A DNA stretch of 64,000 nucleotides, from NCBI GenBank assembly GCA_963735595.1, contig CAVTLK010000004.1:288001-352000 (forward strand), given 5' to 3'. Position numbers and translations under genes: made by a program. The DNA comes from an uncultured delta proteobacterium. GTDB lineage: Bacteria; Desulfobacterota; Zymogenia; Zymogenales; Zymogenaceae. The notes beneath the pieces were generated by a model. The model ran no database searches and was not told the DNA's origin. It saw only the letters and a program-made list of their open reading frames with translations. Within the stretch, counting starts at the first letter, position 1. Each line of letters opens with the position of its first letter. Positions 53,630-62,537 of this stretch are shown here, one piece after another.

Positions 53630-54267
53630 GGAGGACGTGGATCGCCTCGCTTATCGTGATCCTTGCGGCCGCGCAGGCGCCCGCGCTCGATTTTTCACTA
53701 GATCGAGACCAGGCACTTTACGATCAGGTTCGGTGAAACGTCCGCGTCACGAATACGTAACGCGGCCGCGCTCTTCGAGGCGGCCTACGGGACGATTGAA
53801 CAGGTGCTCGGGACAATCGGTACGCGGCCGATCGACGTGGTAATCTTTGCCGAGACGGGCGATTTCACCGCCGAGACGGGGCTTGCCGTATGGTCGGCCT
53901 CGGCAACGATCGACGGGGCGATCTATATGCAGCCGGTCCCGGTGCTCACGGCCCGCGGCGTGCTGGACACGACGATCCGCCACGAGGTATGCCTCGTTTT
54001 TCTGCTCAGACGCTACGGGGCCGACATGCCGGCGTGGCTCGCGGAGGGCCTGGCGGTCTATCACGCGGGCGAGATCGAGGTCCTCCGGCGGGGACTTTTC
54101 GGGGACGCCACCCCTGATCTCGGCTCCGGACGACATCGACGCAACTCCTGTTTGACCGGACCGACCGGGAAAGAAATCGCTGGGGATACGTGATGGCCTA
54201 CGAGGCGGTGCGGTCGATGATAGAGGGAGAGGCCGCGGCGCATGCGCGCAAGGGAAGTACGCGATAA
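53626..54267 (+). CDS. Peptidase MA-like domain protein, zinc motif degenerate (frameshifts)
   Basis: Signal peptide; RHEVCL in place of HEXXH; PAWLAEGLAVY. Confidence 0.65.
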
Positions 54268-54300
54268 TCCCGTACGGGCGGCGAGCCGGGGCCGTTATTC

Positions 54301-54329
54301 TTGACAAATATAGCAGATTTTATTACTAT
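54301..54329 (+). promoter_or_regulatory. Sigma70-type promoter
   Basis: TTGACA-17 nt-TACTAT. Confidence 0.65.
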
Positions 54330-54373
54330 ATCGGCAAAATACAGTTTTAATCGCACTACGAAAGGGTTTTGGA

Positions 54374-54983
54374 ATGAAAAGGAACGTTGTTCTCATTGTG
54401 ACTGCTTTTAGTATCGATCACCGTCCTGACAACGGGCTGTGATCAGATCAAGCAGCTGCTCGGGCTTGTCGCCCCGGGTTCCACGGATTCCGGCCCCGGC
54501 GCGGTGATCCCCGGCACCTCGCCCGGAGGGCCCGGCCCGGGCCCCGCTATTAGAGTGCTCAATTGCTGCGATATATCAAGCCTCAAGGCGGGAATCGTGA
54601 ATCTCGATAGCGCGGGAGATTACACCGGCATTACCGAGACGACGACGGTTCCTTACGTTCCCGGAACGTATATCGGCATCTATTTCGAGTATCTCAGCAA
54701 GACGGGGAAACCCATCCAGTACCGCGAAGAGGAGTTCTTCCCGTATCCGCCCCAGAACTGGAGCCTTTGGGAGGGCAGCGAGGGCAGTTACCGGACATAC
54801 CCCGAAGAAAGCCGGGCCGAGTATACGACCGTACTGACGCCGAGCACTTCCCCGTCCCCGTTCCTGAGCCACTGGGGGTTCAATACTTCCGGGGACCCTA
54901 CCGGGCAATGGAGGTGGGACATCTACTTTGATAACGAGTACTATACGACTGTGGTTTTCAACGTCGTCCCGGCCACCTATTAG
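54374..54983 (+). CDS. Hypothetical lipoprotein with Gly/Pro linker and beta domain (frameshift at ~54415)
   Basis: MKRN.. signal, LTTGC lipobox, GDPTGQWRWDIYFD. Confidence 0.65.
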
Positions 54984-55140
54984 CCATCAGCTCGGAACGG
55001 CTCAAACACGTTCCTACCGGTATAACGGGAAACGGGGTTGTGAGGGAATACTCAAACCCCGTTTTTCCGTATAAGGCCGCGGGTCCCGGGGGCGCGGCCG
55101 TCGGGTCATCCGCGTAGTACTTATCAGAAAAGGGGGCTGT

Positions 55141-56082
55141 GTGATAAAGGAGTCGACGAGGAACTTCTGGAAGATGCAGGGCGAAGGGGCGCGGGGCATG
55201 CTCCGGGCCGTCAACATGGCCCACGGGTACATTTACTATACCCTGTACGACCGCTACGTCGCCGTCGCGCTTTCGGCCCTGCGGTTCCTGACGCGCCGCT
55301 TCCCCTCGCTTTCGCTCACGCATTTGGTGATCGCCTACCTGGTTGACCATTACCACGCAAAGGTCCTTACCGTCGAGAATGCGCGAAAGCTCGTCACGCT
55401 GGACCGGGAGCTCTTAGTCCCCGATGGGGAGAGCAAACGCATAATACCGTTTGACATCGCCAACAGGCTCATCTTCAACCATAGGGATCACATCGCCCTC
55501 GTCGACTGCCCGTGCCGGCTGGAAAATATCAGCCGGGGGCTGCCTGCGTGTGAGCCGCTCAATACCTGCATGTTTCTCGGGAGGACCGGGGTCGATTTCG
55601 TGACGACCCACATGCCCCGAATGCGCGGAAGGCGGGTTTCTTCGCGGGAGGCGGCCCTGCTCATCGAGACGCAATACCGGCGGGGCGTCTCGTTCAACCT
55701 CTGGTTCAAGGACGCCACCGGTTACCGGGGAGGCGTCCTCTGCTCGTGCTGCAGCTGCTGCTGTAAGGGCGCCGAGGCGTTCCGAATCATCTCGCAGATC
55801 GGCGGGCTTGACGACAAAAGAATAGTCGCCCCATCGGGCTACGCAGCCAAAAGGGACGGCGCGAAATGCCGGGCGTGTGGGGGGTGCGCAAAGGTCTGCC
55901 CCTACGGTGCCCTGGTTTTTACCGATTCCCCCTCAGAAAGGCCGATAGATTTTATCTACGAGAGATGCAACGGCTGTGGGGCCTGCGTATCGGTTTGCGA
56001 AAACGGCGCGGTTGCCCTTGTCAGGGACGCAAATAAAGGCGAGGTTCTCGATGTCGATCGGCTCGTCGACTCGTTCACGTAG
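55141..56082 (+). CDS. 4Fe-4S dicluster-domain protein
   Basis: CPCR, CSCCSCCC, CxxCxxCxxxCP and CxxCxxCxxxC. Confidence 0.85.
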   Translation: MIKESTRNFWKMQGEGARGMLRAVNMAHGYIYYTLYDRYVAVALSALRFLTRRFPSLSLTHLVIAYLVDHYHAKVLTVENARKLVTLDRELLVPDGESKRIIPFDIANRLIFNHRDHIALVDCPCRLENISRGLPACEPLNTCMFLGRTGVDFVTTHMPRMRGRRVSSREAALLIETQYRRGVSFNLWFKDATGYRGGVLCSCCSCCCKGAEAFRIISQIGGLDDKRIVAPSGYAAKRDGAKCRACGGCAKVCPYGALVFTDSPSERPIDFIYERCNGCGACVSVCENGAVALVRDANKGEVLDVDRLVDSFT

Positions 56083-56131
56083 CGTTGCGCCCCGGTGGCT
56101 ACGCAACAGGCTGCGGGCGGTCGGTCGGGTA

Positions 56132-57733
56132 TCAGTCCTCTTTTATCCGATAGATCACGATAGAATTATCCCCGGTGCCCCGAATCATCTGAATCTGCTC
56201 GATGACTCCCCCCGCCGAGAGGGCCTTGATCGGTTCCGGCAACGGCCCCGAATCGGTATCCCAGAGAATATAATCCGGGTTTGCCTTCGCAATGGTTCCC
56301 TCGAGCGTGGAGGGATCACGGTAGATTATCTCCGTACCGCCGGAATAAAAGACGGTAAGCCTGTCGGACGGCAGGATCACGAGTACCGGATTGGGCCGCC
56401 CCAGGCCCTTGATATATTCCCCGGCCGCCCTCTTATAGTAGCGCTTATCGATCTCGGGGTCCAGAAACGATGTAAAGATGAGGGCGAGGATCACCGAGGC
56501 TGCGAAGAAGACAGATAGTATCAAACCGAAAGACGCCGGTTTCGTTTTATATCTTCTGCGCGCCCGCTCCTGGCACCACCCGATGATTCGATCCAGCGCG
56601 AGGGCCGACCAGGGCAGGAGAAGGATTACCAGTATCAGTGCGTGCCGCTTGGAAAGGAAAAAGAGGTTCATGACGATAAAGACGTCGATAAGGGCCACCA
56701 CCGCGGCGCAGGCCAGCACAAACAGGCCGGGCCCGCGTTTTATCAGGGACGAGCGGGCGATATAGGCGCCGACTAAAAAGAGGACGGTAATGACTACTGA
56801 GGATGCGGTGACCAGGACGTCAAAAAATGTGCGGACGGCCGAGAGCCAGGGGTAGGAGGTGATCATCTTCAGGTAATATGGGTCCATATCCGGATTATTC
56901 GCCGTCAGGATATCCGCGTACGATCCAACCAGCAAGAACCTATGCGAGACTGTCCAGAAAAGGTGTAGTACGGTCTCGGTAATATACTCGCCGCCGGCGC
57001 CGACATAGAACCGGAAAAGGAGATACCCCAGAACCGGTGCCGGAAATGCAAACAGCACAAGCTCCCGGGCGGTTTCATGCCATTTTCGCCGATCGACCAG
57101 TCCCATCACGATGATTGCCACAGATATCGATACGACAACGACAATTCCGTAAACCCTCACCAGACTGGTCGTCCATGCGGCAACGCCCGCAAGAAATGCC
57201 AGCAGATACCCCTTGTTCTTGTGACCTCTCAGGGCAAGGGCAAACGACGTTACCGCAAAGAACAGGAGCATGGAGTCTTTCAGGACATCGGCCGAATACT
57301 TGATCAGGTACGGGTGTATAGCCGCGAGAAAGGCCGCGCATAACCCCGCCCGGGGGCCCATCGTTTCCGAAACGAGGAAGTATATCGGGACAATAAGGAG
57401 GCAGCCGAAGAAAAGAGAGATCAACTGGCCCGACAGGATGGGGTCGGGCACGAGTAGATTAACGAGATACAGGACAATGGAGTATATCGAGAAATTCCCG
57501 GAGAAACCGTTAAGGAATAGGCTGCGCAATCCATCGGTGCCGATCGACAGGGCGTCGCGAATATAGCCGGGACCATCCGGGGAAACAACGACCGTACGGA
57601 AAAGCCGTATCACCCTCAGCCCGATTGCGGTACCGAGGATTACAAATAGGATGATGCGATATCGAGCGATCGCCGAGGGATCGGCCGGTTGATCCGATGG
57701 GCCGCGTATAAGAGAACCGTTTCTGAAAGGCAT
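56132..57733 (-). CDS. GT-C/GT39 (ArnT/PMT-like) membrane glycosyltransferase
   Basis: DGPGY..A first loop, HP....S...LKD, R..G, many TM helices. Confidence 0.78.
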   Translation of the reverse strand: MPFRNGSLIRGPSDQPADPSAIARYRIILFVILGTAIGLRVIRLFRTVVVSPDGPGYIRDALSIGTDGLRSLFLNGFSGNFSIYSIVLYLVNLLVPDPILSGQLISLFFGCLLIVPIYFLVSETMGPRAGLCAAFLAAIHPYLIKYSADVLKDSMLLFFAVTSFALALRGHKNKGYLLAFLAGVAAWTTSLVRVYGIVVVVSISVAIIVMGLVDRRKWHETARELVLFAFPAPVLGYLLFRFYVGAGGEYITETVLHLFWTVSHRFLLVGSYADILTANNPDMDPYYLKMITSYPWLSAVRTFFDVLVTASSVVITVLFLVGAYIARSSLIKRGPGLFVLACAAVVALIDVFIVMNLFFLSKRHALILVILLLPWSALALDRIIGWCQERARRRYKTKPASFGLILSVFFAASVILALIFTSFLDPEIDKRYYKRAAGEYIKGLGRPNPVLVILPSDRLTVFYSGGTEIIYRDPSTLEGTIAKANPDYILWDTDSGPLPEPIKALSAGGVIEQIQMIRGTGDNSIVIYRIKED

Positions 57734-57887
57734 TGTACGTGAAAGCCGAATACTATGGTAAAAAATAATCAGAACTATATCACCCGCTTCGGGGTTTGTC
57801 AATTGTCTGTGGGACGCAGTCCGCCGGGATTCGGAGCAGGTCCTAAAAACTGTTGCCTCCCATGGTGTTTACTGGTATGTTCATACT

Positions 57888-59864
57888 ATGAAGAGCAGTA
57901 AGAAACGATATCCCCTCTTCTTCAAATTCCTGATCGGCGCAATTATCGGATTATCGGTCTTCCTCTCTGTCAGCCTTCTCTTTATTACGGGCGTCTTTAC
58001 ATCCCTCGAAAACAAGACGGGAGACGTGCGGTTTCGGTTGTTTGCCGATCCGGGTTACGACGGCAGGATAGTTATTATCACCGTCGATGAAGCGAGCCTC
58101 AATTTCTATCGGGAGTCTCTGGGGACGTGGCCCTGGCCGCGGGAGGTTTTTGCCGCTCTCGTTGACTACCTGACGGCCGGCGGTGCGCGAGTCGTCGCCT
58201 TCGATATGCTCTTTGCCGAGCCGGATCTCGATAATCCCGCCTCCGACGCCGAGTTTGCCCGGGCGGCGTACGCGTCGGGCAGGGTCATTACGTCCGTGGC
58301 CTTTTCTTTACCCCCTCAAACCGGTGACGATACCTACGAAGCCCTCCTCAAGAAAGGATATCTTTCCGAGCATTTCTCGGTCGGTGTCGTTAATGACGGC
58401 ACAGTTGTATTTGAACAACACCATTCCGCAACGCTCGCCTACCTGGGGCTCTTCACCTCTTCGGCCGCGGCCGGTTGCATTAACTTCGTGGCCGATCCCG
58501 ACGGACCCTCCCGGGCGTCGTACCCCCTCTTCCGGTACCGGGATCACTACTACCCATCGCTCGCGCTCGTTTCGGCCGCCCGCTATCTGGGGGTCGACCT
58601 GAATGATGAGAAGGTTACTATCTCAAAGGATAATACCATGACGGTTGGGCCGGTTCGGGTGCCGCTGCTTGACGACGGAAGAATGCTCCTCAACTGGCAC
58701 GGACCATATCATACGTACGACTATTACTCCATCGGCGACATAATCGAATCGATGGCGGCAATCGGCCGGGGTGATGCCCCGAGGATTTCCCCGGAGACCT
58801 TTGCGGATAAGATCGTGCTCGTGGGGACGACCGCGATCTCGCTATACGACCTGAGGGCGACCCCCTTTTCTCCCGTCTATCCGGGGGTTGAGCTCAACGC
58901 GACGGCAATAGACAATATCCTCAACGCCGATCACGTCACGACTGTCGGCCGTTACGGGACGATACTGCTGATCCTGGCGATTTCCCTGATAGCTGCCCTC
59001 ATTTCCGTCAGGCTCGGCTCGGCCTGGATCGGTATCGGCTCGACGCTGGCGCTCCTGGTCTCGTTCACCGCCGCCGTCGTTCTTCTGTTCGTCTTCGGGC
59101 GGATCATGGTGGAATTCGTAGCGCCGACGTCGGCCCTCCTGCTATCGTTCGTGTCGGCCCTCGTCTTTAACTACGTGACCGAGGGTCGGGCCAAACGAAA
59201 GTTCAGGGAGGCCTTTGCGAAATACGTCTCGCCGCAGGTGGTCGACGAGATCAGCAAAAACATCGACGACTTGAAACTGGATACCGGGGACCGCAGGGAT
59301 ATCTCCATTCTCTTTTCCGATATCCGCGGGTTTACCAGCATGAGCGAGAAGCTGGCCCCGGAAGAAGTCGTGCGGAGATTGAACATCTATTTCAAGGCGA
59401 TGGTGGAGGTGGTCTTCCAAAACGACGGCACCCTGGATAAATACGTCGGCGACGCCATCATGGCGTTCTTCGGGGCGCCCAAGGACGATCCCGAGCACGC
59501 CCGCAAGGCGTGCCGCTGCGCACTCGGAATGAAGCAGCAGCTCGAGGCCGTCAACGAGCACCTCGCGGCCGAAGGGATACCGCCTATGAAGATCGGCATC
59601 GGTATCAACACGGGAGAAGTCGTCGTCGGCAATATAGGATCGGAGCGCCGGATGGACTATACCGTTATCGGGGACAGCGTCAATCTCGCGTCGCGGCTGG
59701 AGTCAATGAACAAGGAATTCGGCACAACCATCATCATCAGCGAGTTTACGCTTGGCGAGGCGCCGGGGTTTGTGGTCAAAGACCTGGGCTCCGTCCGTGT
59801 AAAGGGAAAGGAAGAAAGCGTCAGGATATACGAGCTTACCGGGGAGAAGGAAGGTCAAAGATGA
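57888..59864 (+). CDS. CHASE2 adenylate/guanylate cyclase
   Basis: VDEASL..G.WPWPR, FDMLFAEP, PGVE..A; FSDIRGFT, DKYVGDAIMAFFGAP, GNIGS..R.DYTVIGDSVNLASRLE. Confidence 0.94.
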   Translation: MKSSKKRYPLFFKFLIGAIIGLSVFLSVSLLFITGVFTSLENKTGDVRFRLFADPGYDGRIVIITVDEASLNFYRESLGTWPWPREVFAALVDYLTAGGARVVAFDMLFAEPDLDNPASDAEFARAAYASGRVITSVAFSLPPQTGDDTYEALLKKGYLSEHFSVGVVNDGTVVFEQHHSATLAYLGLFTSSAAAGCINFVADPDGPSRASYPLFRYRDHYYPSLALVSAARYLGVDLNDEKVTISKDNTMTVGPVRVPLLDDGRMLLNWHGPYHTYDYYSIGDIIESMAAIGRGDAPRISPETFADKIVLVGTTAISLYDLRATPFSPVYPGVELNATAIDNILNADHVTTVGRYGTILLILAISLIAALISVRLGSAWIGIGSTLALLVSFTAAVVLLFVFGRIMVEFVAPTSALLLSFVSALVFNYVTEGRAKRKFREAFAKYVSPQVVDEISKNIDDLKLDTGDRRDISILFSDIRGFTSMSEKLAPEEVVRRLNIYFKAMVEVVFQNDGTLDKYVGDAIMAFFGAPKDDPEHARKACRCALGMKQQLEAVNEHLAAEGIPPMKIGIGINTGEVVVGNIGSERRMDYTVIGDSVNLASRLESMNKEFGTTIIISEFTLGEAPGFVVKDLGSVRVKGKEESVRIYELTGEKEGQR

Positions 59865-60583
59865 ACCGAATCTTCGTCGACGGGAGGCTTTCGGTAGGGG
59901 AAATCGCGCCGCTTTCTCCGGCCCAGGCGCACCACCTCAGAAATGTCGTCAGGCTTTCGATGAATGACAGCGTGATCCTCATCGACGAAACCGGGCGCGC
60001 ATTTCGGGCGCAGATCGCCGGGAAAAAGGGCAAAGACATGGGCCTTGCCGTCGTCGAGGAGGTCGGCTCCTCCCCCCGTCCGGTCCTCTCCATCAGCCTG
60101 TTTGCGGGGCTCATGAAGGGCAAAAAGATGGAGCGCCTCGTCCGTGACGCGGCGGCCCTCGGGGTCGAATCCGTAACTCCCTTCATCAGCTCCCGAACGA
60201 TTCCGAAGGACATCGGCGATATGAAGCTTGAGCGAATGAAAAAGATCGCCGTTGAAGAGTCGGGCCTTTCCGGGCGGAACCGGCCGCTCCAGGTCCGGCT
60301 GCCGGTCGCCTTTGCGGAGGCTGTCCGGTCCGGGGCCGATCTCTCGCTGTTCGTCTGGGAAGAAGAGACCACGGACATCAGGGAGGTGATACGATCGCGC
60401 CGGACGACGCCGGCGACGGTCGGGCTCTTTACCGGGCCCGAGGGAGGATTTTCCGCCGGGGAGGCCAAGACGGCCGCCGACGCGGGCCTCGTATCGGTGG
60501 GGCTCGGCCGGCGAATCATAAGGGCGGAGACGGCCCCACTCGTGGCGGCCGCGATCGTCCAATACGAATGGGGGGACCTCTGA
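59861..60583 (+). CDS. rsmE: 16S rRNA m3U1498 methyltransferase
   Basis: HHL..V.R, GPEGGFS..E, LGRRIIRAETA. Confidence 0.92.
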   Translation: MNRIFVDGRLSVGEIAPLSPAQAHHLRNVVRLSMNDSVILIDETGRAFRAQIAGKKGKDMGLAVVEEVGSSPRPVLSISLFAGLMKGKKMERLVRDAAALGVESVTPFISSRTIPKDIGDMKLERMKKIAVEESGLSGRNRPLQVRLPVAFAEAVRSGADLSLFVWEEETTDIREVIRSRRTTPATVGLFTGPEGGFSAGEAKTAADAGLVSVGLGRRIIRAETAPLVAAAIVQYEWGDL

Positions 60584-60587
60584 GATC

Positions 60588-61232
60588 ATGAAATGCCCGG
60601 AGTGCGGATACAATAATCGTTCCGGGGCCCGCTCCTGCCGCTCGTGCGATGTGCTGCTGGCGAGGCCGTCCGGCGTGACGTCGAGGAGGCGACCCCAACA
60701 GAGCCCAACGCGTCAGAACAATACCATCGTTTCGGCACGGCACGGCCTCGTTCGGCTCAGAAAGGACATCGCCGATTTCAAGCGGGCCGGATTCGGTATC
60801 CGCGGCCTGGCAATGGCCGTCGATCTTCTCTTCGTGGTGATGCTGGACGGGGCGCTCCTCTTTGGGGGCGGTGTGCTGATCGGCAAGACCACGGGAATCG
60901 TCGACCTGGTCCTGACAAGCCGTGGCTTCGAGTTTCTTCAGGTCGTCACCCCGCTCCTGAAGGCGGCCTTCGCCACGACCGTTTGCGTTCCCCCGCTCTA
61001 TTTCATAGTCATGATTGCCGTTTTCGGGCAAACCATCGGAAAGATGATAGCCGGAATCAGGGTAGTCAGAGGCAACGGGGAGCGTGTCTCGTTCGTGCGG
61101 GCGTTTGTCAGATTCGTTGGATACGTCCCGTCCGGTATGCTGTTATTTGCCGGCTTCCTCTGGGTCCTCTGGGACCCGGAGCGACAGGCGTGGCACGATA
61201 TGCTGGCCGATACCGTTGTGATTAGATTATAG
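60588..61232 (+). CDS. RDD-family protein with N-terminal zinc ribbon
   Basis: CPECG..N....C..C; AGF.IR..A..VD, GQTIGK...GIRVV, Q.WHD.LA.T.V. Confidence 0.88.
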   Translation: MKCPECGYNNRSGARSCRSCDVLLARPSGVTSRRRPQQSPTRQNNTIVSARHGLVRLRKDIADFKRAGFGIRGLAMAVDLLFVVMLDGALLFGGGVLIGKTTGIVDLVLTSRGFEFLQVVTPLLKAAFATTVCVPPLYFIVMIAVFGQTIGKMIAGIRVVRGNGERVSFVRAFVRFVGYVPSGMLLFAGFLWVLWDPERQAWHDMLADTVVIRL

Positions 61233-61355
61233 GTGGTCCGAGAGGGAGAAGCCCCGCCCCTTTGTGCGGTTATCGCGCCGGGTTGGGAAGCCCTCCTGTT
61301 GGCAATGGGATCGGGAAAGACAGGATTCGGCTCACCTATATTCGGGAGGTGCTCT

Positions 61356-62124
61356 ATGGACGAGTTTACCTGCATTACGCTCACCCGGGATGGTCTGTGC
61401 GCCGTTTTGACCCTCAATCGGCCGGCTCGAAGGAATGCCCTCGGGAAGGGTATAATCGATGAGCTGGTTCAGGCGTTGGATATAATTCACCACGCCACGG
61501 ACGTCAGGGTCCTCATCGTGACCGGGGCCGGTGGCGACTTCTGCTCGGGAATGGACGTAATCGACATGGCCGAGGTCGACGAGCAGGAGGGCTTACGGCT
61601 CGTCAGGGCCGAGGCCAAGGTCTTTGAGATGCTGCACGGCCTGTCCCAGGTGACGATCTCGGCGGTGGAGGGATATTGTCTCGGCGGCGGCATGGAGCTT
61701 GCGCTTTCCTGCGATATCCTCGTCGCCTCCGACCGGGCGCTTTTTGGGGAGCCGGAGGTTAACTTTTCGGTGCTTCCGGGAATCGTGCGTGTCTGGCGGC
61801 ACGCCGGGCTCAACCGGGCACGTTACATGGCGCTCACGGGGTCAATCTTCCCCGCCCGTGAGGTCGCCCAGTGGGGGATCATCTCCAAGATCGTGCCGGC
61901 CCGAAAAACCCTTGCCGAGAGCAAGAAAATCGGCCGCCGATATCATAGGTAAGCCGCCCGAGGCCGTAAAGACCGTCAAGCGTCTCTTCTCGGAGGTTAT
62001 GGATATGACCTTTAGCGACGCGTCCCAGGTCGAGAAAGAGACGTTTTTGCAGCTCTTCCGGAATCCGGAACGCCGGTCACTGATGAGTGAGTTCGGGAAA
62101 CGAAAGGGGCGCCGCAGACCATGA
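61356..62124 (+). CDS. Enoyl-CoA hydratase/isomerase (frameshift at ~61930)
   Basis: LNRP.RRNAL, FCSGMD, G.CLGGGMELALSCD, FGEPEV. Confidence 0.88.
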
Positions 62125-62537
62125 CGGGTCACGCAATTATCCGGTGAGCGGGGGTCTTTCTCATAGACCCGTAATAGTGAGGAGGCCGGCCTATGCTCAG
62201 AAATGATTTGCATATTACGATAAACTATGTAATAATTATAACGTTTTATGCGGAGGTTCAGCCCGGTGATTAAGCGCTCGTTGGAATCGCCGTTCGTATC
62301 ACTGTCATCGGTGTTGCTGCCGAGCGTATCCTTCAGACCCGCGACCCGTTCTCACTATCCATTCCCATCCGACAGAATTCAGTGCCTTCTCTTCGTACAC
62401 GCGTTAGGGGCGGCTCGCTCACCGTTGATCGTACGCCGGTTTTTACTGCCGGGTTGAACGCACTTTCATTTGATCATGGTCACGGCTTGATCAAGCCTAT
62501 CTGATAATACCTGCTTTCACACTATTGGCGACGGAAC

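Noticed and set aside
62125..62537. tRNA-Sec (selC) or another tRNA in intergenic regions
   Set aside because: I found no cloverleaf with TTCA anticodon loop and T-arm here or elsewhere in the window by eye.
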